Assembly (NCBI GenBank): GCA_951406725.2
Contig: OX597815.1
Span: 15,810,001-15,874,000, forward strand
Reading direction: 5' to 3'
DNA from: Octopus vulgaris
Lineage: Eukaryota
Length of the DNA stretch: 64,000 nucleotides
Shown here piece by piece: positions 51,901 through 64,000 of the stretch (its first letter is position 1; each line of letters opens with the position of its first letter). A program made the translations under genes and the position numbers. Under the pieces are notes generated by a model, which ran no database searches, was not told the origin of the DNA, and saw only the letters and a program-made list of their open reading frames with translations.

Positions 51901-52984
51901 TGGGCCTGGCATTGATCACGTTCGGATAATGCTTTTTACATGCCACCAGCATGGGGGCCAGTCAGGAGGTACTGGCATCGGCCACGTTCAGGTGGTGCTT
52001 TTTATGTGCCACTGGCATGGGAGCGAGTCAGGGGATACTGGCCACAGCTACGATATACATATAAATATATATATATCATCATCATCGTTTAGCATCCGCT
52101 TTCCATGCTAGCATGGGTTGGACAGTTCAACTGGGATCTGGGGAGCCAGTAGGCTGTACCAGGCCCAGTCTGATCTGGCAGTGTTTCTACGGCTGGATGC
52201 CCTTCCTAATGCCAACCACTCCGTGAGTGTAGTATATATATATATATATATATATCGTGCTCATATGACTGGCCAGGCTGTCAGATATTGTTTCACATCA
52301 TTGGTTACAATCCACTTTTGCATTGATTTAGCCTTCAAATAATGCCACCCTGCTGGCTAGGCGAGCAGAACAACATCAAATGAAATGTTTTATTGCAAAA
52401 TGCAATGCGCTGCCCAATCAGAGGATCAAACCCACTGTCTAGCAATTGTGAATGTAATGGATCAGCATTAGGAAGAGCATCTAGCTGTTGTAAAAAAGAA
52501 ATCAACCACTAACAGCATGCAAGTATTAGAATTTTTAGAAACAAAGTTAAATCAATAGTGTTAAGCTACTGGCCCCTGGATTGGGAGTTCAGTGTCTACT
52601 GCAGTGATTTTGCAGCATTTCTTGCCCGAACTCTTTATTCACTTGCTGTAGTAAATACAAGTCGAATTTTCTTGAAAAATTACCTGTAAAAAGGCTATCT
52701 TCCTTTCCTAATGAAGATTTGTCTTTTATTTGTTTAATGCTACAAAACCCACCTCTGAATCTCAATTGTTAATACATTACTAGTTCATTCATGAAACGAT
52801 ATGGACCAAACACAGGGAAAAAAACTGTTTAGGTAAAATTTCTAGAAATTCTTGCACTGGTTATTATTGTAGAACTGTCTCTATGCTGGGGTAGTGTTTT
52901 TATCCACCCGAGATTGATGTACCCGTTGTTAGAAAGTAGTTTCCTCCCTTGAGTTACATATTGGTTTGTATATTTGTATGTGTG

Positions 52985-53303
52985 ATAATACATACATATA
53001 TATACACACACATATATATATATATATATATACATATACATACATATATATATACATGCATATATATATATACATGCATATATATATATACATGCATATA
53101 TATATACATGCATATATATATATATACATATATATATACATGCATATATATATATATATACATACATATATATATGCATATATATATATATATACATACA
53201 TATATATATACATACATATATATATATATGCATATATATATATATACATACGTATATATATATATACATGCGTATATATATACATACATATATATATACA
53301 TGC

Positions 53304-53385
<82 letters not shown>
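52985..53385. repeat. (TA)n-based repeat with recurring CATGCA/CATA interruptions
   Basis: Directly visible. Confidence 0.95.
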
Positions 53386-54397
53386 CATCATCATCATCAT
53401 CATCATCATTTAGCGTCCGTTTCCATGCTAGCATGGGTTGGACGTTCTGTGGGTCTGTGAAGCCAGAAGGCTTCATCAGGCCCAGTCAAATCTGGCAGTG
53501 TTTCTACGGCTGGATGCCCTTCCTAACGCCAACCACTCCGTGAGTGTAGTGGGTGCTTTTACGTGCCACCCGCACTGGTGCCAGCCAGAGCTGGCAAACG
53601 GCCACGAACGGATGGTGTTTTTTATGTGCCACCGGCACGAGGGCCAGGCGAGGCTGGCATGCTGGCAACGGTCGCGAAACGGAAGGTTCTCTTACATGCC
53701 ACCGGCACTGGTAACACATCTGCAATTTCCATTGATCGATTTCCATTGATCGATTTATTCTGATCCTCACTTGCCTCAATGGGTCTTCACAAGCAGAGTT
53801 TCGACATGCCACCGGCACTGGTAGCACATCCGCAATTTCCATTGATCGATTTCGATTCTGCAGAGTGGTTGGCATTAGAAAGGGCATCCAGCTGTAGAAA
53901 CTCTGCCAGATCAGATTGGAGTCTGGTTCGCCAGACCTTAGTCAAAATCGTCCAGCCCATGCTAGCATGGAAAACAGACATTAAACGATGATGATATATA
54001 TATATATATATGTACATATATAGTTAATAGAAAAACATATATCAGAAAGAAGCACACTTTAAAAAATAGAGCTGTGATATCAGGTTGAAATTAATTGATT
54101 ATCCAGGTCCATATATTAATGGAAGTGGCCATTGCAAGATCTGCATCACGGAGTGAACCAAAATTCTTTAGGACTATAAGAAGCCTGGCAAATTAATACA
54201 GCTGTAAAGAAGTGTTTTCTAAATGTATCCACTTCAAGCACTGCTTACTAGTAAATTGGATCTCCCTGTTTACTCGTTAGGCCTCCCCAAGTCTATTAAG
54301 GGAAAATAACCCATCCTCATTAACATTTTTTCGTATTCCTTGAGTTCTGAGCGTTTCCTCACATCTGCGATGTTGATATTTTTAAATTTTGTATTCA

Positions 54398-54452
54398 TAT
54401 AGAATCCGATGAGCTGTGGCTTTGTGGATGCAAAACCTTGGGTAACTCTATA
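54398..54452 (+). ncRNA. Degenerate hammerhead motif in the 5' pseudo-LTR
   Basis: tatagaat-CCGATGA-gc...gc-AAAA-cc ttg gg-TA-actctata; two core substitutions relative to CUGAUGA/GAAA. Confidence 0.6.
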
Positions 54453-57426
54453 TAAAATTTTGTTGTAATAACTACTGCTCTATTTCTTAGAATGTTCGTG
54501 CCGGTGGCACATAAAAAGCACCAACCGGTTGTGACCATTTCCAGCCTCCCCTGGCACCTGTGTCGGTGGCATGTAAAAAGCACCCACTACACTCATGGAG
54601 TGGTTGACGTTAGGAAGGGCATCCAGCTGTAGAAACTCTGCCCGATCAGACTGGGAATGGTGCAGCCTCCTCGCTTCCCAGACCCCAGTCGAACTGTCCA
54701 ACCCATGCTAGCATGGAAAGCGAACATTAAACGATGATGATGATGTGCTTCTTTCTGATACATGTTTTTTATTAACTGTCTATCCACAACCTGGTTACAG
54801 AGTGTCTTACAGAGTCCACTACATCGTCTACATTTAATTACTATACAGAGACCTGCGCTTCTACGTATTATCAGTCGCTACCTCAAGGATAACATGGAAC
54901 ATTTCGATTTAGGATATTCTACAAAAAGTATCCCTATACCTTCTAATGAAGTCTACACGAAATGTTACTGGAGAAAATGATGGACCTTATAAAGCATATA
55001 AGATGGAAGGTGTTTTTCTATGATCAAAGCACGCGACCTTCTGAGGCTAATACATAGGTATCAAGTCTTGGAAGTTCCCATCTAGAATTGAGGAACTGGA
55101 GGCCTTCAAAGCAGACCTACTGGGCATAATACCCAGGCCAAAATTCCATAAGTCCTTTTCCCCTTTACAAAGCAAACTCTGTGAAGATATAAAATAAGAA
55201 ACTCTAACAGGTCCTTAATCTTCTTGGATAAGACTAAGAACTTATATGTGATAGATACGTACATTTACAATTGGCTTTTAAATGATTCAGTCACACAAAA
55301 ATACAGACAGACTTCTCTCCACACAATAACATTAACTGTGAGGCTAAACAAATAGCAGTTAATCTAGGTATAGCAGACAGAGTAGAGATTTTGGCCAAGA
55401 GAAATGCTTTTATAACTCTGAAAGATCACAAGCCAAATTTTGCCTCTAATCCCAAATGCTGCCTGATGAATCTAGCCAAGTCTGAGATTGGCCAGGCGAG
55501 TAAGTATATACTGAGGAGGATTAATGATGTCATCAGAAGACACATGAGCTTCCTTCTATGGCATAGCACCAATGAAATAACCTCGTGGTTCATTTCTAAC
55601 CAGGACAGGCAGGGCTAGATTTACAGTTTCACATTGTTGACTTTTATTCAACTTTTTCTAAGGAGTTTTTATTGAAGGCACTTTCCTTTGCCAAGGGCTT
55701 CACAGATATTAGTGATAGTGATGTTAGTCTTCATGCATGCCAGGAAGACGGTGCTGTTCAGCAAAGATTTGACTTGCATCAAGCAATCTAATCCCGAGGG
55801 CTCCTTTGATGCAGCTATGGGAGCATATGACTGCGCTGGCATCTGTGATCTTATCGGACTGTACATCCTGGATACCTTAGAGAATAGGTTTCCTTTGATC
55901 TTCAGCTTCTACAGAGATGACGCCCTAGCCATCTCTAGAGGAGCCAACAGCCACACATTAGATAGACTTAAAAAGGACCTAATTAGCACCTTAGGCTCAA
56001 TGGGGCTCAAGGTCACCATTGAGACTAATCTCACCACAGTAGATTTTTTTTAGATCTAGGCTCTGGTACATACAGGCCCTATCACAAACCAAAAGAAAGG
56101 CTGTCTTATATTAGCACAGCCCCCCCCCCCCCACCACTAGTTTTCAAAACCTAGTGAAAGGATCTCAAATCTATCCTTGAGCCAAGATACCTTTGATGCT
56201 GCTGCTCCTTACTACAATAAGGCACTGGCATCAAGTGGGTTTAAGGACTGCATCTCCTACATGCCTGGCCCTATCATCCGGAAAAAGAAGCGCTGCAGAA
56301 ATGTTATTTGGTTTGCTCCACCCTTGTCACTCAATGTTAAGACTTATGTGGAAAAACAGTTTACACATAGATACAGGCACTTGTTTAACACACACAACCT
56401 AAAAGTCTTCTTTAGTTGTGCACCTAACATAAAAAGCATTTTATCAAGTACCCACAATACAAAGGAGACAGGTTGCTCTTGCTGGATGTATAATAACTGT
56501 TCAGCAGCAGGCTCATGTGAGGCTAAAGGGTTTATCTATGAGGCTATGGTAATACCTAGACCTAATATCTATAATAACAGTAATGTAACATCGAACAGCA
56601 ATATTATTAGCAGATTAACCATGTCTCACACCAGTAACCAATATAGTTGTCACGCCCAGAGATAACCAAGTCGGGACCAGCGCCACCAAAGACCGCAGTA
56701 CCCTGCCATGGATAATGAACAAACTATAGATGCAGATAGAGTGGCCAGGCCCACAATGTATGTGAATATGAGTGCAAATGCTGCACCCAGAAATAACGAC
56801 CTATCCAGAACCAATGACTTGGAGGAGGTATCTGCTGTTCCCAGTTCCGCCACCTCGGATGAGGACCAAAAATTCATCTTCATCACTGATGGGATAACCA
56901 ACCCCGCACCATATGTTACGATGAGTGCGAATAGGGCCACATCCCATGTTTATAAAAATATTGGTTTGGTAAGTACTTCATTCAAGAAACATTTTCTTAA
57001 CCACCAGTCATCCTTCAGAGACCCAGAAAAACGGTTCATCGCATCCTAGGCCTGCCATATGTGACACTTCAAAGATTAAGGAACCCCCATGTGATATCAG
57101 GTGGAAATTAATTGATTATCCAGGCCCATATATTAATGAAAGTGCCTGTTGCAAGATCTGCATCATAGAGAGAACCAAAATTCTTTAGGACTATAAGAAG
57201 CTTGGCGCATTAAACAGTGTTTTCTAAATGTACCCACTTCAAGCGCTACTTACTAGAAAATTGGATCTTCCCATTTGCTCATTAGACCTCTCCAAGTCTA
57301 TAAAATTTTTTTTTTTCCTTCTGATTAAGGGGAAATAATCTGTTCTCATTAATATCCTTTCATATTCCTCAAGTTCTGAGCGTTTCCTCATGTCTGTGAT
57401 GTAGGCATTTTAAAATTTTGTATTCA

Positions 57427-57490
57427 TATAGAGTCTGACGACCTGTCCACAAGGCTTGGACTTTGTGAGTGCGAAACCTTGAGTAACTCA
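57427..57490 (+). ncRNA. Type-I hammerhead ribozyme motif in the 3' pseudo-LTR of the Penelope-like element
   Basis: gagt-CTGACGA (57435-57441), stem II (gtccacaag...ctttgtg), GAAA (57473-57476), short stem III, GTA (57483-57485), actc pairing with gagt. Confidence 0.75.
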
Positions 57491-57659
57491 AGATAAAATT
57501 TTGTTGCAATATATATATATATACACACATGCACACACACACACATAGATACATGTGTGTGTGCAGATTCTGTCTACTAAATTTCAGCATCAAACTTCAC
57601 CTCAGCTGGTACTGAGTGCAGTGAATGTAATTTCTCCTAATACTTTTCCTACATTTTGA

Positions 57660-59420
57660 GCAGGGCCATTACTTACCTTGCAGAAAAACAATCTTATCCA
57701 CTTTCTTGCTGACAACTTTAGTCTTCATTAGATTCATTTTCAGGCCCTTTGATCCCAGTTTTTGTTTCCATATCTAGAATTTCTCCAATTCTGCTACAGA
57801 CTCTGCAATAAGAGCGAGGTCATTAGCATATAGTAGTTCCCACTGGTAGCCAGTTTTAAACTCTTCTGTTATGACCTGGAGGACTATGAGGAATAACAGT
57901 GGACTGAGAACTGAGCACTGGCGAACCTCTGCATGTATACCAAATTCATTACTTCCTGGCTGACTTTCACCCTACTAACAGCATTGCTGTACATAGCTTG
58001 TACAGCTCTAACAAGCCATTCATATAACCCTAATTTCCTTAGAGGCCACCGGATAACAGCGTGGGACTCTCTCAAAAGCTTTCTCAAGGTCGACAAAAGC
58101 CAAATACAGTGATTTACTTTTGACCATATACTTCTATTACAGCTGTCTCACTAAGAAGATGGCATTTGTGGTACTCTTCCCAGGCAAAAAAAAAACAACT
58201 GCATCTCATCTAGTTTACTTCTGTTCCTAATTAATTGAGCTATAAATCTCTCTGTAATTTTCATTATTTGGTCCAGCAGTTTGATGCCTCTAGTTGTTTC
58301 TGAGGCATTACCTATACCCTTGTAGTAGCTAACTAAAATACTCCTACACCAGTCATTGGGGATGATGCTTCCCAGATAACCTGGTTAACTATATGAGTGA
58401 CTAGGCCATATCCTATTCTTTTTGCTATGTAAACCTGTCACCTAGCTTCCCTTCTGGCTACCTTGTATATATCTCCACTTCTGCAATTTTCCAGTCTCTC
58501 CAGGCTTGTCTCTTTGCTTTTATAGTGCTGTCTAACCTCCTTGTTCCACCTCCATGTTACCCTCAGCCTGGTTGGTACAAAGTCCCAGCCATAAATTTGG
58601 TCTTTGGCTCTCAGTAGGTTGTCCCACAGGAACTTTCAGTTATCCTCTAAGCTATGTGTCCCCAACTCCTCCTCCTCATCATCATAAGCTTCCATTAGAA
58701 TATCTCTAAATTTCTGTCATTTTGCTGGGTTTTTGAGCTCTCACAACCTTTTCCAAACTGGTTTATTTCTCAGAGTCCTTCTACCTCTAATTTTGAAGTC
58801 ACTAACTAATAACCTATGTTGGGTTGTACATTCTTCCCCTGGGAAAAACTTTGCATTTGTAAGCAACTCTCTGTCTTGTTGCCTGGTGAGGATGTAATCA
58901 TCAGGTGTATATGCCCAGCAGACCGATAGGTGACCAGGTGGCTGGCTGATTTCCTGAAGTTAGTGTTGCAGATATATGAGATGATTTGCATTACAGAACT
59001 CCAGCAGCCTTGTTCCATCCTCATTCTTAGAGCCAAAGCCTTAACCTCTATGCACACCATGAAATCCATGGGAGTGCTGCCCAACATGTCCATTGAAGTC
59101 ACCAGTCACAATAACCAAGTTTCTGTCATTTGTTGTTGAAGTAGTCTACAAAAGGGCCTTGTAAAATTGGTCCTTCTGATCATCAGCCAGTCCTGACTGC
59201 AGAGCATAGGCCAAGATAAATGCTGATATTCAAGATAAATGGAACTGTTAATTTATCTGAGATTAATCTCAGCTTAACTACCCTATCACGTACTCTGACT
59301 ATCTTGATCACCTTATCTACCCATCTTCCCACCAAAGGTATGCCTACACCACCCACCCCATCGATCCTGCCTATCCAGAAGAATTTGAACTTCTGTTTCT
59401 TACCCGTGAGGAATCTAGTG
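57660..59420 (-). mobile_element. Decayed RTE LINE, APE endonuclease to RT region
   Basis: Minus-strand translations give VIVTGDFNGHVG (APE endonuclease), LAFVDLEKAFERVP (RT), EWLVRAVQAMY and WELLYANDL. Confidence 0.8.
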
Positions 59421-59693
59421 GAGCCTCCTCTCTATCTTCTTGTACACCACACACATCTACATGCTATTGCTCCAGCATTTCAATAATCTCACCAGTCCTT
59501 CCTTTCATTGTACCAACATTGATGGAGGCGTGCCACCGAACCAAAGAAAGTAGTTTGTTTCCAATTAAAGTTATTTCGTTCCACAAAGACCATCATGTCA
59601 TTTGAAAAGATATCACTGTCTCAATAATCCTTCTTCCTTATAATTTAGAGGCATTTGTACCTTATGAAAAAGAAGTTCCTTCTTAACCCTTAA

Positions 59694-60130
59694 CCCTTTA
59701 GTGTTCGCATTATTCTGCTAAAATTAATCCTTTTTCCTCCATACTGTTTTGAACTAATCATGCATTATCTTGTAGCTGTGAGATTTTGATGAGGTAGCAG
59801 TTCATTTTTAAAATGATATTGTAGGGTTGGTGTGAGAGACCAGATCTGGTCAGTTTGAACATAAAACAGGCTGAATACTTTTGGCCGGATTTGGCCGGTT
59901 TAAATGCTAAAGGGTTAAGCGTTCAGATTACTTTGTCAAATGTAATGCTTATTTACTCACAGTTTTGAATTAATTATGTGTTACCTTGTAGCTTTAGGAT
60001 TTTGATGATATGATTGTATATTTTAAGAATGATATCATAGGGTAGGTGTGAGAGTTTGAGATCTGGCTGGTTTGAGCATAAAACAGGTAGAATATTTGAG
60101 CCAGTTATCGCCGGTTTAAATGCTAAAGGG
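59694..60130. mobile_element. piggyBac-like MITE, two tandem copies
   Basis: TTAA-CCCTTTAG ... CTAAAGGG-TTAA termini, repeated twice (the second lacks its left tip); a related copy lies at ~12615-12840. Confidence 0.65.
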
Positions 60131-60497
60131 TTAATCAGTAGTAATCACTTTAATAATATGCACTTCCAGAATAGTACAAAAAAAAACCTGCATATTTTTA
60201 TTGTGCAGGTTTTTTATGTGCATTCTATTAGAATCTGAATTGAAATCAAGAGTTAATATGTTGGTTTTGTCATTGTTAAATGATAACACTGTCAAATAAT
60301 TATGTAGTGCAATTAAGATAACCAAATAATAATGATAGGCGCAGGAGTGGCTGTATAGTAAGTAGCTTGCTTACCAACCACATGGTTCCGGGTTCAGTCC
60401 CACTGCGTGGCAACTTGGGCAAGTGTCTTCTACTATAGCTTCGGGCTGACCAAAGCCTTGTGAGTGGATTTGGTAGACGGAAACTGAAAGAAGCCTG

Positions 60498-60536
<39 letters not shown>

Positions 60537-60608
60537 CAGTTCGGCAAGTTACAGGCACATAAACACACCAACATCAGTTGTCAAGAGATGTTGGGGGGAG
60601 AAACACAG

Positions 60609-60678
<70 letters not shown>

Positions 60679-61358
60679 CTATATATTTATGTGTGTGTTA
60701 AGAGACCGATAGAATAAGTACTAGGCTTACAAAGAATAAGTCCTGGGGTCGATTTGCTCGACTAAAGGCAGTGCTCCAGCATGGCCGCAGTCAAATGACT
60801 GAAATAAATAAAAGAGAGTAAAGAGTATATAAATACATTTCATATGTACACATTATCATTTTGAGCAGTATAAGCCAAATAGATAGAGCACAACAGAATG
60901 CATGTGTTTGACTGTGGAGCAAAAATAGTTATTTCACTATCTAATTTCGATTCATTGACCTTGGAAGGAGTTGAGAAAGCACAAATGACGGACAGTCACA
61001 ATGTCCATAGGAATAGTGATGGTTGTCAATATAAAAACTGAACTGAGAGAGAGGTAATGGCAGGTAGCACAGGAGGGTAGATGGCAAGGTGCATTGGATA
61101 CCAATCAATCCAAGGCAATCCCACATTACTCAAATATTAATATGGGAGAGAAACACGTGGCAGCTACATATTTGATGGGAAGAGTGTTGAATAGGCGCAG
61201 GAGTGGCTGTGTGGTAAGTAGCTTGTTTACCAACCACATGGTTCCAGGTTCAGTCCCACTGCGTGGCACCTTGGGCAAGTGTCTTCTACTATAGCCTCGG
61301 GCCGACCAAAGCCTTGTGAGTGGATTTGGTAGGCGGAAACTGAAAGAAGCCTGTCGTA

Positions 61359-61405
<47 letters not shown>

Positions 61406-62989
61406 TTGTGTGTCTGTATTTGTCCCCCTAGCATTGCTTGACAACTGATGCTGGTGTGTTCATGTCCCCGTTACTTAGCGGTTCGGCAAAAGAGACCGAT
61501 AGAATAAGTACTGGGCTTACAAAAGAATAAGTCCCGGGGTCGAGTTGCTCGATTAAAGGTAGTGCTCCAGCATGGCCGCAGTCAAATGACTGAAACAAGT
61601 AAAAGAGTGTTGTATAGTTGTTGAAATGGTCAACAATAAGAGTGTAGTGGATGAAATACTACAGTAATTAGGGAAGAGGAGATGATGGAGGGATATGCGA
61701 GTGTTAAATAAGCAAGAGAAACAGCATGGAGATGGAGAGCAGGAACAAAATAGGCAAAAGGCTGCTGTGGATATATCATATATCCCAGCTTGCATTTGCT
61801 ACTCCCATTTTTACGAGTGTTTTTTCCATGCTTGCATGAGTGAGCAGGTCTTCCCCAGTACTGCATGTCCCCATTCATCATAATCCTGTGTTCTCATTGT
61901 GAAATGCAACATTCTAGAATCATTTTCCCCACTTTGTTCCAAGTTTTCTCCAGTCTTGCTCTTCCATAGGTTTCATTTACTTTGAGCACACAGCACTTTG
62001 TTTACATAGCTATTAACCTCCATACACATCAAACCCTTCTTGCAAAGCATATCTGTCCTAACCAATACCTATTTCTTTATTACCCACAAGGGGCTAAACA
62101 TAGAGGGGACGAACAAGGACAGACATAGGTACTAAGTCGATTACATCGACCCCAGTGTGTAACTGGTACTTAATTTATCGACCTCGATAGGATGAAAAGC
62201 AAAGTCGACCTCGGCGGAATTTGAACTCACAACGTAACGGCAGACGAAATACCACTAAGCATCTCGCCTGGTGTGCTAACTTTTCTGCCAGCTCGCCGCC
62301 TTAACCTAACCAATTGTCCTAACCAATACCGCCTGACTGGTCCTCATGCCGGTGGTACATAAAAAGCACCCACTACACTCTTGGAGTGGTTGGCATCCAG
62401 CTGTAGAAACTTTGCCAGATCAGATTGGAGCCTGGTGCAGCCTTCTGGCTTGCCAGCCCTCAGTCAAACCGTCCAACCCATACCAGTGATGTTAAAGACA
62501 CTTGATATTTTGTTGTGAGCAAAAGTATTTTGAACTTTGTATTAACCAACTGACCTATCAAAATCCATTACAACTCAATTAAGAAAATTCTTCTCTCACT
62601 CCATGATACGATACTCTGTAATCCTAGTTTTCAACATTACAAAAGCCAACCAAGCACATACACTTCCCACACACCCATTTGCCAATACAGGCCTACCCGA
62701 AGCAAACTGAGGAGCAAACATGACCAATTACTTGTTAACTGATCTTTCATATACGCTTTCTCTGACATCAAAGAGACTTGGCAAAACTGAGGATATAGTT
62801 ACTAGTATATGTTCAAGCCACACCCCAACCACATTCATAAACAAAAGCAGGAGTAGGTTCCCAAGAGAGAAAAAAACTTTCATCTGAAAAATTATAAGAT
62901 TACATATACAATTTATCAACTGAAATACTACCAGCAGCAGTATCCACAGTCAACAACGATAATGATGCTTGAATAGAAAAAATATCTCA

Positions 62990-63610
62990 GAATAGCCAAA
63001 AATTATAAAGAAGAACTGGGCCATTGAGAAAATCAGACATAACCCTAAAGTGTTCTCATTTGACAATAGACATAATGGATCATAAATATTCATTGGTCCA
63101 CTGCCTAAGAAATGTCAGACATTCTACAGAAACAATACTGCTGTCTTCTGTGGTCCTTCTGACATTGACTTAGGCAGTATAAATTGAGTCAATCCCTAAT
63201 ATATTGTCTCTGACATAATTTTCAACACATCAGACATCATTACAATAATAAATAAAATTAAACATTACTCTACAGTAAACCTCAATAAAATTCTCATGGG
63301 TGTTCCGAAGAAATGCCAACACCAATTTGTGTTTTCTGTAGCTAATCTCAAGAGACAATCACAGGACACATACTGTATGCCTAAATTTTTTCTATCCCAA
63401 TCAGTTATCCCAGTTTTTAAAATAGGAAATATGTTGTTTGCAGTTACTGCCAACTGATCGCATTAAAGTATTTGAAACTGTGATAAGGTGGTGACCTGGC
63501 ATTCTAGAGAACAATGGTCTCTTAAATTCCAGCTTTCATGGTTTTCAGTGATGCTGAGGTTGTTTAACACAGCTTCTACATTACTTTGATGGTATTTAAA
63601 AACTTTTGGG
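62990..63610 (+). mobile_element. Highly decayed CR1/jockey-group LINE RT N-terminal relic
   Basis: Fragmentary AIEKIR.NPKVF, PVFK.G and FLENNGLLN...HGF...CLTQLL motifs. Confidence 0.5.
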
Positions 63611-63761
63611 AGGTGACTCCAGCAAAACCATTATTAGAATTCACAAGTCAACAAGAGAGGAAGGATATTGCCTCTGTATGCTAGATGGGAATGAAGGTAT
63701 GAGGGAAGAGGCTGGAATAGAGCAGCTACTAGTTGAGGACTACATGGTTGTTCACATTTAT

Positions 63762-63968
63762 GAGGGGGTACTGAAAAATTCCTGGCTTTCGGTAAAAGAA
63801 AATACAGGAGGGTCAGGTAATTATGATTTTATTCAACATTTTCCTCTCTCAGATTCACACATTTATTGCAGTGGTCCTTCAGTTTTTCAAAGCCCTGTAA
63901 AAGAACTGGGAAGGTTGGGTCTCCAACCAGGCCTTTTGCAATACCCTTAAAACCAAGAACTTTCCAGC
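63762..63968 (-). mobile_element. Mariner transposase C-terminal remnant with terminal repeat
   Basis: Minus strand FFLQGFEKLKDHCNKCVNLREENVE* resembles mariner C-termini; TA-flanked terminus GAGGGGGTACTGAAAAATTCC. Confidence 0.7.
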
Positions 63969-64000
63969 CCCCCCCCCCCCACACACACACACAGAAGAGA

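Larger units (their letters stand above)
54073..57510 (+). mobile_element. Decayed Penelope-like element (RT + GIY-YIG endonuclease) with flanking pseudo-LTRs
   Basis: Frameshifted ORF from ATG 54894: YSTKSIPIPS, AFITLKDHKPNF..NPKCCLMN.AKSEIG, FDAAMGAYDCA.ICDLIG, FYRDD, RNVIWFAPP, CSC....C...GSC...GFIYEAMV, IG....FK....NHQSSF, CKICI.E. Direct repeats at 54073-54470 and 57090-57510. An RTE tail is inserted at 54497-54745. Confidence 0.88.

Noticed and set aside
56460-57400. Selenocysteine (UGA) recoding in the Penelope-like endonuclease, as reported for some Naiad elements
   Set aside because: The visible Zn-ligand positions are normal Cys codons; the TGA near 57062 falls at an expected Trp position (decay), and I see no clear SECIS.
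60170-60225. Short hairpin AAAAAACCTGCA...TGCAGGTTTTTT
   Set aside because: Short and AT-rich; no supporting context for function.

Overview
AT-rich, repeat-saturated eukaryotic genomic DNA. The SINE/LINE families and the extreme microsatellite load point to an octopus (coleoid cephalopod); this is inferred, not verified. I can support only one host gene: a two-exon TREX1/TREX2-family DEDDh 3'-5' DNA exonuclease on the + strand (CDS 42656-42932 joined to 48168-48865, 324 aa, single phase-1 GT-AG intron of about 5.2 kb). The rest is transposable elements and simple repeats. (1) An RTE-clade LINE family; its youngest copy (30904-32835) has an intact partial ORF with a PHD finger inserted in the reverse transcriptase and a 3' UTR carrying a 12-unit array of a ~60-bp structured motif. 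About 25 3'-tail fragments of this family are scattered across the window. (2) A decayed Penelope-like element flanked by pseudo-LTRs, each holding a type-I hammerhead ribozyme motif. (3) R4/Dong-, CR1- and I-group LINE fragments. (4) At least three tRNA-derived SINE families. (5) hAT, Tc1/mariner and piggyBac-like MITEs, a mariner remnant and a Helitron helicase relic. Almost all ORFs in the supplied track are microsatellite or repeat artefacts. All coordinates were read by eye, so boundaries of decayed repeats are approximate.
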